A stretch of 63,930 nt of DNA, filler included, from Craspedostauros australis (taxonomy: Eukaryota), in the NCBI GenBank assembly GCA_030167865.1. It is 8 parts of 8 records of this genome, joined end to end, with 100 filler letters (N's around TTAATTAATTAA, not from the genome) between each part and the next. Parts side by side here need not be neighbours in the genome. Positions count along the whole stretch, not along the records: positions 1 to 25,671 come from JALAGF010004046.1; 7 more parts are not named here. One strand, written 5' to 3'. The notes beneath the pieces were generated by a model. The model was given only the letters and a program-made list of their open reading frames with translations, did no database searches and was not told where the DNA came from. Shown one piece after another: positions 11,955-24,234 of this stretch. Position numbers and translations under genes: made by a program. Within the stretch, counting starts at the first letter, position 1; each line of letters starts with the position of its first letter.

Positions 11955-12725
11955 CTACCGTGCTGGTAGCACTGCTGTGAATGAAGCACCGAGCGCTGGT
12001 GGCGACGATTGCGTACGACCATCAACGGATGTGCGACGACCAAAGCTGCCGGAGCTCTCCGTTCTTCGCAGAACCCCAAATGGTTGGAATACCGATGGCG
12101 TGGCTGCATTCGCACCGGCTGGTGTGCTAGTGTGATGGTCGTAATTGGCAGGCAATGAATGGGCGGACGTAGCAGATTGATTGGTGGCGGAGGATAGCGA
12201 GGACGATGCTGAATGAGAAGAAGTGAACGGAACAGGCTCCATGTCGATGCGCCTTGACTTTCGTCGTGGAGCATTGGCATCGTTGCCCTTGCCACCGTCT
12301 TCGTCGCTCCATGCCAGGCTGCGGTAGAGCTTGTACGGATCATCGATCTCGTCTTCGTCGTCGTAGTAGTCGCTGTCATCGTCGTAGTCGGATGGGATGT
12401 ACAGATAGCTGTCACCGAGATTGACGGTGGGTGGGCGTTGTTTGGATGCTTGCGATTGCGACTGATTGGCAAGGCCCGGTTCGCAGAGAGCGTCGGCTGT
12501 CAGACTCGCGTCGTTGTCGCAGTTGGTACTGTGCTGGGAGTGCGATAGTGAGTGCGAGTGCCTGGAGATGATGTCCTCGATGGTGAGGCTCGGCGACGAC
12601 GATCCGTTGGCAACCGAATCAGATCCATCCGAGGCTGTCGTCAGCACTGTCGGGGATACGCTTGATTCCATCCGGAAGGATGCCGTCATGTTGTCGTTGG
12701 TCGATTTCCCGAAGCAGCACTCCAT
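11955..12725 (-). CDS. Hypothetical Ser/Asp-rich protein
   Basis: 256-aa ORF preceded by a CA-rich leader on the coding strand. Confidence 0.55.
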   Translation of the reverse strand: MECCFGKSTNDNMTASFRMESSVSPTVLTTASDGSDSVANGSSSPSLTIEDIISRHSHSLSHSQHSTNCDNDASLTADALCEPGLANQSQSQASKQRPPTVNLGDSYLYIPSDYDDDSDYYDDEDEIDDPYKLYRSLAWSDEDGGKGNDANAPRRKSRRIDMEPVPFTSSHSASSSLSSATNQSATSAHSLPANYDHHTSTPAGANAATPSVFQPFGVLRRTESSGSFGRRTSVDGRTQSSPPALGASFTAVLPAR

Positions 12726-13907
12726 CGTTGATTGCTGTATTGTTGATGCACAGTTGTTGTATGTAGTATTTTATTGGAGCTTGAGAGCGGGAGAGATTGT
12801 TTGGTTGGCTGATTGCTTGTTTTTGTGTGTATTGGATGTGTGCTTGTTGATGAAGGGCGTTCCAGGAGATTGAGCTGACAACGAGGCAAAAACAGAGTAA
12901 CACCCCAGAAGAGGAGTGAGAAAGGGAGAGAGAGAGAGACCGTGTGATGTTTGTGAAGTGGGCATGGACAAGCTTCGCCTCAGCGTGCATCAGTTGATTT
13001 TATTTTCATGTTTGTGGCGTGGAGCGGAGTCTGTCGGGAGCCATCAACCGTCAAACACGCCTCCTTGCTCTGTGGTTGTCACATGGATGCGAGCGTAGGG
13101 TACTCTGGTCGTTGTCAATCCACCCATGTTCTCTTGCCTCGTGCCTGCTCCCCCCGCGATCCAACGGAAGCGTTGCCGTTCGACACTGCTCGGAAATTTA
13201 AAATGATTGCATGTTGGCCCTCATTGTGTGACCAGGTGCGCGTCACACGGTGCGCGATGCGAACGCTTCCATCACGAAAAGCGCACATATCCCAGTCGTG
13301 TATCAGACGATTATACACGACTGACGATTGAAACAGCTCAGGAAACATATCGGAACTGGTCTATTGCACCATCCTCGACTTCCATCAGCTTCACACGATC
13401 TGGAGAGGATGAGTATGTACAATGACATGTTGGATGGTTGGTTGTGTGCATGAGGATTTGCGACAACCCAGATGACTGAGAGGTATTGTATACTATATAC
13501 CATACGATTAGAGTTGAAGAAGTGTGAAGTAACACCAGCCAACGAGTACTTTCGCTGTCCTCGCTCCACATCGCGTCGACGATTGCGCTACTCTCCGTGG
13601 ATGACGGACGTCCGGAGAGCTGAGAGTTGGTATGTATTGTACTGTATGGTATGTTATGCTATGTTGTAGTTGGTGTGTATTGTATTAACATGGATTACTC
13701 TGCGCTACGGTAGATGAGTGGAGCTCCAATTGAGCAGAATAGGAAGAGGATAAAATTGTGGAGTACGTATGTATTGGTAGAATGGGTATGCATTGTGAAA
13801 TAGTGACGATGGTGATCATATGACACAAATCATTGCACCATATGATACGATATGATACGGTACGACGCCGTATGATGTGATGTCACTTGTTGTGTGCATT
13901 GTGTGAT

Positions 13908-14864
13908 TCATGGCTTGGTCGCTTGGATGTCGGTTGAGTAGACGATTCGGTCCGACCAGTGCAACTCCTTGCGTTGCGTTGGCATTCCTGCCGTGGAGGA
14001 GACGGTGGATGAGACCGCCGTTTGGGCCGTACCAGCGAAGGAGACCTTCTGGGCGATGGCCTCGTCCGAGTCGGATCGATAGTGGAGGCTGTTGGTGTCG
14101 TCGAATGAGCCGGAGAACGTCTGCAGACCGTCCTGGCTTCCACTGTGCATTGGGTAGGTGCCGCAGGTCCCCCAGCTCGTGGCGTTGCAGACGAATTGCA
14201 GGAGGCTGAACTCGGAAAGGAGGGATACCTTCTTCGTTGGCGTCTTGGCGACGGCGGCGCGCGGCTGTTTCCGAGTTGTCACCGCCTGCGTGTCGTGGAA
14301 GCCTCGGAATCGCGGCTTCTCGCTCGATGAGCTGTCGCTGGACGACGCGAGATCAGGCTGCTGCTCCTCACTTTCGACGGCTTCGCGTTGCTGCAGCGGA
14401 CGTTGGTGTGGCGCTGGCCAACTCTGGGGCTGACCGCGCGAATGATGTGAGTGTCCTGGCACCGCATGACGATCGAAGTCATCGTCCAGGCGCCTTCGGA
14501 CGAAGCCCAGATGGCCGCTCTCGTCTTGTCTCGTATCGTAGGCGTGCGTCGAGTCTTCGATGGCGTTGAGACCTCCGATGCTGAGGTCGTCCTCAGAATC
14601 CGACCAATCGCCATCGTCGGAGTCCCAGCCTTCGCTCGCGGCGTCTGTGAGGCCGATCAGCGGGCTGCTCCTGAAGCTCACGTTAGCACCGATTGCCGGC
14701 ATGAACTGAGATGGGAGGGAGTGATGGAACGGGATGGCCTCGACGGCATCCTTCTGAGGCGCGACCAGCACGATCTCATCCTGATTGCGCTTGATGATTC
14801 CATCCACGTATGTGATGGTGTTGTTCATGTTGTTCATGCTGTTGTTGTGGTTGCTGCCGTCCAT
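13908..14864 (-). CDS. Hypothetical protein, possible N-terminal OB/cold-shock-like fold
   Basis: 318-aa ORF after a CAA-rich leader; segment GIIKRNQDEIVLV..EAIPFHHS..PAIGANVSF. Confidence 0.6.
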   Translation of the reverse strand: MDGSNHNNSMNNMNNTITYVDGIIKRNQDEIVLVAPQKDAVEAIPFHHSLPSQFMPAIGANVSFRSSPLIGLTDAASEGWDSDDGDWSDSEDDLSIGGLNAIEDSTHAYDTRQDESGHLGFVRRRLDDDFDRHAVPGHSHHSRGQPQSWPAPHQRPLQQREAVESEEQQPDLASSSDSSSSEKPRFRGFHDTQAVTTRKQPRAAVAKTPTKKVSLLSEFSLLQFVCNATSWGTCGTYPMHSGSQDGLQTFSGSFDDTNSLHYRSDSDEAIAQKVSFAGTAQTAVSSTVSSTAGMPTQRKELHWSDRIVYSTDIQATKP

Positions 14865-17800
14865 GTTGCTGGTCTTTGTGGTTGTCGTTGTGGTCGTCTC
14901 TGTGGCCGTCTTTGTTGTCTTCTCTGTGGTTGTGGTCGTCTCAGCTGTCTTCTATTGTCCGCACTGATTATGAGAGTGTGATGAATGTGATGAATACAAT
15001 CAGAGATAGCGTTGGAGGACTATACGACCTATTATATGAGAGGTATTGTACGAATGAAGATGAAGTTGCACGATTGCTGCGCTTCCAACGGATCCCGATG
15101 GAGTGTATAATCGATCGTACTTCTTCAAAGAGATGGTCGGATGGATGGCGAATGGTGAATGGTATGGCACGAGTGGTGCTAATGGTTAACTTGTTTGACT
15201 CTTGCTATGGTCTCTGGCTCTTGCATGCGATGCTTCCAATGGCTTCCTTCGTTGCCTTGTTTCGTTGTCTTCGTTGTGGATCAGGTCTCTGGGTTCTGGA
15301 ATGAGTCGATGAGTCGATGCGTCGATGAGTTGATGAGTCGATAAGTCGATGAGTTGATGTGATGAATGTGAGGATGTGTGCTCACCAGTACCGCCTGCAC
15401 TGTTGCCTGGTTTCTGTGCATGCATGAAGGATTGAATGCTCTCGTCGTTCACACTCGCGGTGCACGAATCTCCGCGCTTGCACTCTCTTACGTGTTGGTA
15501 GCGACGTTGCACACAGAGGGATGAGATCCAAAAGGTGGGACCTGACATACCAGCACGTGCTGCTCTCACAGAATTGCGACGTCAAGCCCGTCTTCTTCCG
15601 CGTACTACCACATTTGGTAAAGGAGGGCGGTGTGTGGGCGGTCAAGGAAGGCCTGCCTCGGATGTCGTGCTTACCGCACACGGCTTCCCGTAACCGATGT
15701 TGTTCCGACGCAGAACGCAGACACAGAGACGGAGACGGAGAGGCAGCTGGACGCCGCCAAACTCCCCCCGACACGCCGACCAGATCGTGTTCGTGCGCAC
15801 AGGGGCAGTACTGTATTGGTTTGACGATGGTAAAATTCGATCGTGTCAGCAACAGTGAGCTCCAACAGAAACTTTGAAATGCCGTGTTGCTCTTGTTGAT
15901 GGATTACTGCGACACGTATCGTGTCACATCGCCATAGTAAATCGTGGAAGAGAACCCCGTTCAGATGTGCCCATCTCTTGAACGTCAGCCGCTGTGGCGG
16001 GAACCAGATGCAGCGAACCGCGATTTGATCATGATGGTTGGGGCAGCTGCGGTTCTTCGACCAACTTGATTGAACATGAGTCAAGAGGATTCTCTTCTCT
16101 GTGGTCCGCGAGTGGTCTGTGTTCGATACGACAGGCTACATCATCAAACCATCATCTGTCTTGGGAGATGAGGATTCTGGCGAGTCTCTGATGTGGAAGA
16201 GAAAACATGCCAAGTCTCCACAAGACACAGGCTCCCACCGTCCTGGCATCCTGGTGCCTGGGAACAAAATGCGCCTGTGTCGTATTGCATCACATCTCGT
16301 CGCTCCACAAATGATGATCATGGGGTTCGCCAACGTGCTTCTATCATCAGAGTATTGGTGGTAGCGCAGGACACTGATTCCGTGGGGAACGTGGTGCCGG
16401 CGTCACTCTTGCTCTTGCGCTCGCGCCTGCCCTCGAGATCGACGGTTCATCATGCATCGTCGTCAACCGTGGCTCGACGCAACCGCCATGGGATCACCTT
16501 CAGCCGAGTGACGAGAGCATTCGTTGCTTGTTGCGACATGGTCAACATCATGACCATGGGCCGATGAGGAGATTGGTGTCGCTGCCGCTGATTTTTGGAA
16601 GAATTCACAAAGCAACGGAAGCTGCCTTCGATGGTTCTTTGGAGAGGCGAGATGGCGAAGAGCAATTTCACCAGTATGGCACTATGGTGTCGCTATCGTA
16701 CCATACTATGGGTACGCACACACAACGAACCAAAACCAAGAATGGAACATCATCAGCGAGGGGCTCCGCCATCCTTGCGACATGGTGGACCTGGTCGCTC
16801 GCCTCATCTCGAAATTATTGTGGCGTGGGTCATCTCTGCGGAAGAGGGCAAGCATTCTGCCAGGAACTGTAGCCGTCGTCCGCAATCAATCCTCTCTTGG
16901 GATCTGAGCAGAAAGCCAAGAGTAGTTTCTCCCTCGTGTTATGCAGTTGTACAATAGGGCGTACGATACCACCTCCATTGGCAGGTACGCGGTGTTGATG
17001 TCAGTGTCACGCAGGATGGAATTTGATGTCTCTCCACACACAAGCATTCTGTCTCAACCCATGGAGGCGAACAGATGATGGAAGGCGGCGGTCTCCTTGG
17101 TACCGATGAAGCGATTTTCTGTTCTTCGTTGTCCGGCCGACGGGAGCGATTTGCTTCCTTTGTCTTGTTTCGTGTTGTCTCTTCTGTGTTTTGTCCGGTT
17201 TGGGTTGTGTCCTGCCTCTTCGCCCGTCCTCCTCCCTTGATGTGTGTTTGCTTTGGTCGCTTCTGTGATGCCGTTGTTATTTTCTTCGCATTCACAGTTG
17301 ATGCTCGACTGCGTTGCACCCTTTTTCAATTGTCTTGTGTTCTTTCGTCACGATCAGCGACTTCGCAATTCTCCGACGCTTCGGGTAATCACAGTTGAAG
17401 AGTGCTGCTGTTTGCAAATATTTATATCCTTCGGTGGGCGAAGCTGTGTCCAAACCGAAGGCAAACCACATTCATCAACGGTGCTGACCCAGAACCAGAA
17501 GATGGTCGATCTCCATCCGCCCCGGTTCGTACGATGGCACAATACACACCTCTGGCTCACACGAGTGTGGTACTATGCATACCCGCACGATTTGGCGAAC
17601 CTCAGAATGCCCGCGCATTGCGATCTGCGGGCGCCACAAGAGCTACTTCGCGAGTGCACGCCATACACGCACAAATAGTCGTTTGATACGAGCTACTGCT
17701 ATCCGTCACACACCACCAAGTGCGCAACAATCAACTATTGATAGCTGCCCCCCACCGTTATGCTGGCTGCTCGTCTGCTCGTCTTCTCGTCTGCTCGTAG

Positions 17801-18150
17801 AGAGTATTCTGGGCGGACCGCCATAGCTCCAACCACTGTGGTGAAACGGCATGAGCGATACTGCCTAGGCTGAGCTTTCACGGATGCTTTTACAATTGTA
17901 GTTTGTAGATCCATCCATACTTATTCCAGATCTCTACCATAGACCTACATCCTCACGCCAACCATGGGTAAGTCGTGATGCTCTGGAGACCAAGATGGCT
18001 AATCTAAACGTTTGATCACAAATGAATGCGATACACGAACCATTGTCCCACTCTATCTATCGTGTGTCTACTCATGTTATCGTACATACTATAATATAAT
18101 ACATGGCAGCGACGCTGGCACCGTTCATTTTTCATTCTTCATCCTCCATT

Positions 18151-19956
18151 TCACCATTCAAACCCTAACTTCTCGAGTCTGTCGATGCGATCCGGCGTCA
18201 TGCTTGTCACTTGTCCATTCTTCATTGCCCTATACTGACGTCGCTGATGCTTCGCCCAGCATGCCAGCTTCCTGTAGTTTTCTTCTGTGCGCGGATCTGT
18301 TGGTGCGCCCAGGACTGTATCCAGATCTATCATTCCACCAGCACCAGCACCAGCACGGGCGCGATCAATAGAGATCGTGTCCATGCCTTCATGTCCATCT
18401 GTATTATCAGGTACACCTGCGGCTGCAGATGCTGCATTATCCTCGCTGCTGTTGCTGTTGCCGTTACTGTTGGTTTCTCCACCAGCACTTGCTTCGGCGG
18501 GGATAGATGTGGATGTGGTTGCGGCCGCAGCTACTGATCTTCGGAGGTGAGCTCGCCAGTTGCGGACCTTGCAGCTTCCGTACTTCTTCTTGAACAGTCG
18601 AAGCCATTCGAACCTCTCCTCCCAACACGCTGCGTGCTTGTCCCAAGCAAACCCGATGCCCTCCAGCCTCTCCAATCGCTCATCGCTGAGGTTCGACTGA
18701 AACCCGGCCTTCCGAAGCTTGAAGTGATATCTCTGCCGTTTGACCCAGTGCGGCAGCTTGGGATTTTCAGGGTACTTGACCGGGACGAGGCAATGTCCAT
18801 GCGTCGCTTTGAACTGCAACAGTTGCTTGAAGTACTGGCCCCAGATAACATCTTGGTAGTCCCTGAACTTTGGCTTCCACTCTTGCTGGACCTTCCGGAT
18901 GGAACGGGGCGCAGGCACAAAGTCAGCCCATCTCTTGGTCTTGTTTTTGCTCATGCTCTTCGTGGCACTTTCGCTGTTGATATCAACTTCGGTTTGGATA
19001 GTAATCTCCATCTTGGACTGAGCGGACTCGGCCGGAACTGGTGGCAATGTCAGCATCGACATCGGCGTGAGAGCCTGTGCTGATATTGGTACCGACGCAG
19101 ACTCCGCTGTTGCTGGCGCTGCCGGCAGCAATGGTACTCTTGGTGTTGGAATGGATGGACTCAGATCGTGGCTGGTATTGTTGCTGCTGTGACTGCCATC
19201 GCTCTGATGATCATTATCATCGTAGATATGAAGGTGCAGCGGATGCAAAGACCCGAAACTTAAAAGGCTGGTTCGACGAATGTCTGCCACGCCAATCTTT
19301 GCGTCAAGCGCGCCACGATCGGTGCCCTTGGTATTGGTATGACTCCCACCACCACTTTCTCTCATGCTTTCACCATCGCTCTCGCCGCTCAGGCTGCAAT
19401 CCATGCTGTTTTCCATGGCGTTGATTTCACTGGATGCAATGCCATTGCCGTCTCCACGCAGCAGATCACCGAGACCCACAGAAGCATCGCAGTCATCCAA
19501 GTGATCATCATCTCGGCTTTCGTGGCCGTGAGGACGAATGCTTGCTGGGGAAACGGCCGCTTGCTTGGTATCTCGATCTAGGTAGGCACTAAGACTATCG
19601 AAATCCCACGTCTGATTGTTTGAAGGGGTTCGGCATTCGGTGGGAACGCCTGTCTTGCTCTGCAGGCACCCAGACTCCCGGGTAGCGCTGGCCTTCTTGT
19701 TGGTCTGAAGGAGTGGTTGCAGCACCTCGAAGAAAGATTCTGATCGTTGGAGAATGATTGGTGGCAAATCCTGCAAGTGCACGGATGGCACCACCTTGAC
19801 CCCAGTGCTATGCATCTCTGCTGGCCGTTTAGCGGAAGAGGAAGGCGTGGGTGATAACGCTGGAGCTGCTGCGGAAGCCGTATTCGGTGTCCTCTTCAAG
19901 ATGGTCGACCGGGAGGTGGGTATACTTGTAGTTGCTTTCGGCTCTGTCAGGTCCAT
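18151..19956 (-). CDS. Helicase-associated (HA, PF03457-like) domain protein with two C-terminal HA repeats
   Basis: W..YF.QL..FK..HGHC.VP..YPENPKL..WVKRQR...L...R..RL..IGFAW, followed by a second WEERF..L..FKKKYG.C.V...KLACWAKHQRRQY...MTPDRIDRLEKLGFEW. This family is expanded in diatoms. Confidence 0.9.
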   Translation of the reverse strand: MDLTEPKATTSIPTSRSTILKRTPNTASAAAPALSPTPSSSAKRPAEMHSTGVKVVPSVHLQDLPPIILQRSESFFEVLQPLLQTNKKASATRESGCLQSKTGVPTECRTPSNNQTWDFDSLSAYLDRDTKQAAVSPASIRPHGHESRDDDHLDDCDASVGLGDLLRGDGNGIASSEINAMENSMDCSLSGESDGESMRESGGGSHTNTKGTDRGALDAKIGVADIRRTSLLSFGSLHPLHLHIYDDNDHQSDGSHSSNNTSHDLSPSIPTPRVPLLPAAPATAESASVPISAQALTPMSMLTLPPVPAESAQSKMEITIQTEVDINSESATKSMSKNKTKRWADFVPAPRSIRKVQQEWKPKFRDYQDVIWGQYFKQLLQFKATHGHCLVPVKYPENPKLPHWVKRQRYHFKLRKAGFQSNLSDERLERLEGIGFAWDKHAACWEERFEWLRLFKKKYGSCKVRNWRAHLRRSVAAAATTSTSIPAEASAGGETNSNGNSNSSEDNAASAAAGVPDNTDGHEGMDTISIDRARAGAGAGGMIDLDTVLGAPTDPRTEENYRKLACWAKHQRRQYRAMKNGQVTSMTPDRIDRLEKLGFEW

Positions 19957-22900
19957 CGAGCGCGTTAGATATAGGATGTCCAGGAAGTCGGATCAGCTTG
20001 CTACTGGTCCTCTTTGGTATTGCCCTCGATGTGCTTCTGCGATTGCCACTGCTGTTGACGTTATCGTTTTAAGTAGTGTTGCTACGACTGGTAGGTGTAG
20101 AGCAAGCAAACGGTATCGGATTGCGTTGCGTTGTGTTGCGTTGTGTTACGTTTTGATGAAGTAGTTCAAGTCAAGTCGAGGCAGAACGAGTTAGACAGAT
20201 GTTTGGTTGTTGGTCTTTGGGCATGGCAAGGTATGAATCGCTCGTATCGGCAAGGCGTCTTGTCGTGAACGGCACCGTTGCAAGCGCTGCGGTATATGTT
20301 GATGCTCGTCTTGCAACTGCGTTGATTGAATGTTGAGATACAGAAGTGCGCATGCTGCTAGAACTAACTCACGTGGTTGTCTTGTTCAATTCTTGTCTCT
20401 TGGGATGTGTGTGTGCGTGTGTTGTGCCTTTGGTGGCTTCGCCGCTATTGTGGTTGTTGGTATGGTTTGTGCAAATGATGTTTGCGTCGATGAAAAATGC
20501 CTCTTCGTGCTTGACATGAACAAATGTGTATGTGTGTTTGTGCCAACAGCGACAAGGTGGCCACACGCAAGGTACGAGAGTAGGCGACAACGGGAACAGC
20601 AACTGAGGACTCTGCCATCAAGCACGGGATGTGCCGTTGGTCGGAGAGCACTCCAACTGTGAATGGAGGATGACGAAGTGGCGACTGTATCGCTCCAGGG
20701 AGGCTGGGGTGCGAACAGAGCCACAGAGAGAGAGAGAGAGAGATCCCCAACACGAACACGCGAAACGACAAAGACAACACATTCGCAGAGACAAAAAGCA
20801 AACGAAAATGGAGGTGCCAGTCTTTTGCCACGTCTTTCTTTTGGTGCTTCACAATGACCGGGCTCTCCCGCGGTGCGGTATCCGGGCGCTTCCATCGAAG
20901 GCGGACCAAAACCACCGGCCCTTCTCTACCGCAGAATGCTCTACTGTGTGAACTATTACAAATATTCGTGTGTTTGCCCTGGTGATCTATTCCTGCGTGG
21001 AGCAGGTACTCCTAATCCAACTCCTGCTTCTCTGTCTCTGGGGAGACAGAAAGCAATCGTACGTGATTCTTACATCACGATGCCAATCCAGCGGGAGAAC
21101 GGCGGCGACGAGACTGCAGATACATGCGATTGGGTGGCTATCCTGTGTTGCCGTAATACCGTGGACACGACAAGGCGACGACGTATACCTACATGCATGG
21201 AGTACTATACGCACATGTTATACGTACTACTCGCCGTTGTACCGAGCAGTTCTGTTCCGGATAATCGTATGTATCCCGTCTCTCTACAGAACAAGGATGG
21301 CTGGGTCCGCATGCGGCTGTGTGTTTGTACCAGAGAGGCACGTACACTACGTGCCAGCAAACACGGCCTCGTTTTGTGCGTTCCGTGACACGCTGACACT
21401 GGCGCCAGCACACGCACGAGTACGATCTTTGGCAGATGTGACGTCCTGGGTTGAATGGTTTGGACCGAGCCTCTCAACCGCAAATACCAGATGACTAGTA
21501 CTGTTGGTACTGGGCTATGATAGAGGTTGGGAACCGAAGACAAAGTACCTCCCCAGCGTCAGTTCCTTCTCCAATGAGCGGATCTGCAAGCGGAACTGGA
21601 TGGCGGCCACCCACACCACACCGCACACAAAGCACCAGCGTCCAAGTCGATCGTGAAGGAATGATTTGCCTCGTCGCGTCGGGTGGTGTCGCCGCGGCCA
21701 TGGGTCAGCGATCGAACAGCACCGGAAAGAAAGATGGCGTAATGAGATTATATCGCAAGAGCTGAGGTGAGAGGGCGAGATGAGAGCGGATTGAGCATCG
21801 GAGTGCATTCCTCTTCCACCTTTTGTCCAGTTGCTCGGATCTATCCGTGCACAGGCTCCAGAGCCCCAAGCAACACAAAGCCGCGAAAAGGAAGCCCGAT
21901 GAACAGTGAGAAACGAATCGAGAAAAGGCGTGGCATATCCTACTGAGTCTGCAGCAAATGGCGCAGGGACCACCCGATCTGTGAATGGGTATATGCCATG
22001 ATTTGAGCCAAGAGGCATATGGAGATGTGCTCTGATGGTGACATTACGTACCTTTACACTGCCATTGTGATACAGTGTTCGCATCGTGCATTCCACGAGC
22101 AAGCGGAATTCATCTCAGTCAACAAAGCGCATGGCTTCATGCCTTGTGGTTGCTGGTCGAATCCATAAATTCACCACAAAGCAAGCAATGCGCCATATAT
22201 TCTGCTCAGTGCGATGACATTCACCATTCAAGACCCATCGCTGCAAGGCGCGATACCGACAACATGTACTCTCGAGTCGTCTTGCATTCGGAACCTCAGC
22301 ACGGACCAAGTACCGGTCGTGGCTTCTTGCAATTTCACCACATTGTGACACCGCTCAGCACAGACAATGTTCAAGACTGCGGAGGTTACTCCACCGCACA
22401 CTTGAACGGGTTCCCTCCATCCGTCTCACAATATTGCGAAGTTTGGAAACGTCATCAGCTGTCGAATATGCTGTCTTAGATCCGCGCGCGCGCGAGAGAG
22501 AGGGATGGAAAAGCATTGAGCATGCGGTGGAAGCAAAGGTGAAATGAAGGAATGAAGGGAGCAAGTACAGATATAGCAACATATCATGCCGTTGTGCTTC
22601 CGCAGTCGATCCCATCACGCACTCTCATCCCAGCCACGTCCACGTCCACACTCAACCATGCTGCCCCAAACCCAAGACTGTTCTGATCAGTGCAATGCAC
22701 AGCGAATTGGCGCAGAAGATTCGTAGGATGGTGACGGGTTAGATCAATATGAAATGAAATGGAACGGCGAGCATCCAGATATTCAAAGTCAAGATTTTGC
22801 TGGCGCAGACAAGGCCGATGGTCAAAAAGCATCAAACACTTTGATCTCCCTCGACACGACGGTCATACTTACATGGCTACTACGAGTAGATCCAAATCCA

Positions 22901-24234
22901 GACCTCATTGCCAAGTACCACCTCCTTGCCTTCAACCAAGATCGTGCAAATGCTGCATGATATCCATGCTTGAGGATTGGGCGCTGCATTGCCCTGTCGA
23001 TCGGTTTGCTCGCGCAGCCATATCATTCGCGAATGGCTGAAATGACTTTGACCCAAAAGGGAATCGCCATTGACTGGCTTTGCGACATCCAAATTGGAGC
23101 GCAATGCGAGAGACGTATCTACCAGACAACGAACTTATGAGGTGCATCAAAGAGATTGCATGCTTCAGTCACGACGGTCGCACATTTCAATGTACTCTTA
23201 TCATTCTCGGGGTATGGCGCTCGATTGGTTCCACGCAAGATGGTCCGGAACGAAGGACGATTGGGACCAATCAGTGAAAGGAGAGCGAGAGAGAGGTTAG
23301 ATATCGATGGTCGTCTCCAATGAAATCGCACCAGGCGCGCCCTGCTGCATTCGCAATCGAAGACAACCGCTGCGACGAAAACCAAAGAGTAATACTCGCA
23401 TCATAGAAATCGCCGCGAAGAGGATGATTCATACCGCTCAGCTCAGTACTGGCCTGCGAGATGAATTATCGATGGAGCGCGCGTCGAACCCAACTCATGT
23501 AAGCGTGAATCATGCCTTGATCGATCAACGAATGGAAGCAATCCTTCGGCTGCGTCTCATCGTCCTGAAGACACGGGCACAATCGCAGTCACGGATATCG
23601 TTTGTATGAGTGCGTAGAGTAGTCGCAGCGTAGTCGGAGAGCGTTCTTTTGTAGAGTACTCAATTCTGCCATCTTCTCCATCGCCGCGCTCTCTGGAAAT
23701 GAAGACGATCCATCTGCAGCGGATCCGGCTGCGCATGCCTTGGCCGTATCTATCTTCGCCGTCGTCGTTGATGTCGTTATTGGCACTCCTGTGCGAATCG
23801 GGATCATGATGATGATGATGATGGCGGAACGTAGTGTGATAATATGGTATTAACCGCGGCCATGGAGCAGATCCCCAGAATCATATTATAATAGAAGTCA
23901 TCGTAGAATGTAACATCGTGGAAGTGGATGAGCGGCCGGGAAGACCATCTCCTGCTTCAGCCTTCGGTAGCTGAGCCGAATTGAAGACTCTTGCGACGGC
24001 TCTCTGCCTCTTGTGTGTTCCACGGTCGTCCTCCGGTGGCACATCTTCCGTGCGGAGCAGCAGTCGGCAACCGTGGACATCGAGGCGCAGGCTGCTCAGT
24101 CAGCTCGATTTTGCACAATGTCGTGGCTTTCGCAATTCACAACCTTCGCCTCTTCCTCATTGCCGTGACGCAAAATAGGTACAATGTACGCCTGTTCGCA
24201 GAAACCGGAATTTGGGTGTCGTGTGAATAATAGC

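Noticed and set aside
15300..17900. Many 60-150-aa ORFs here and at 20200-24200 and 43300-45100
   Set aside because: No motifs or consistent frame were seen; treated as intergenic or decayed sequence.
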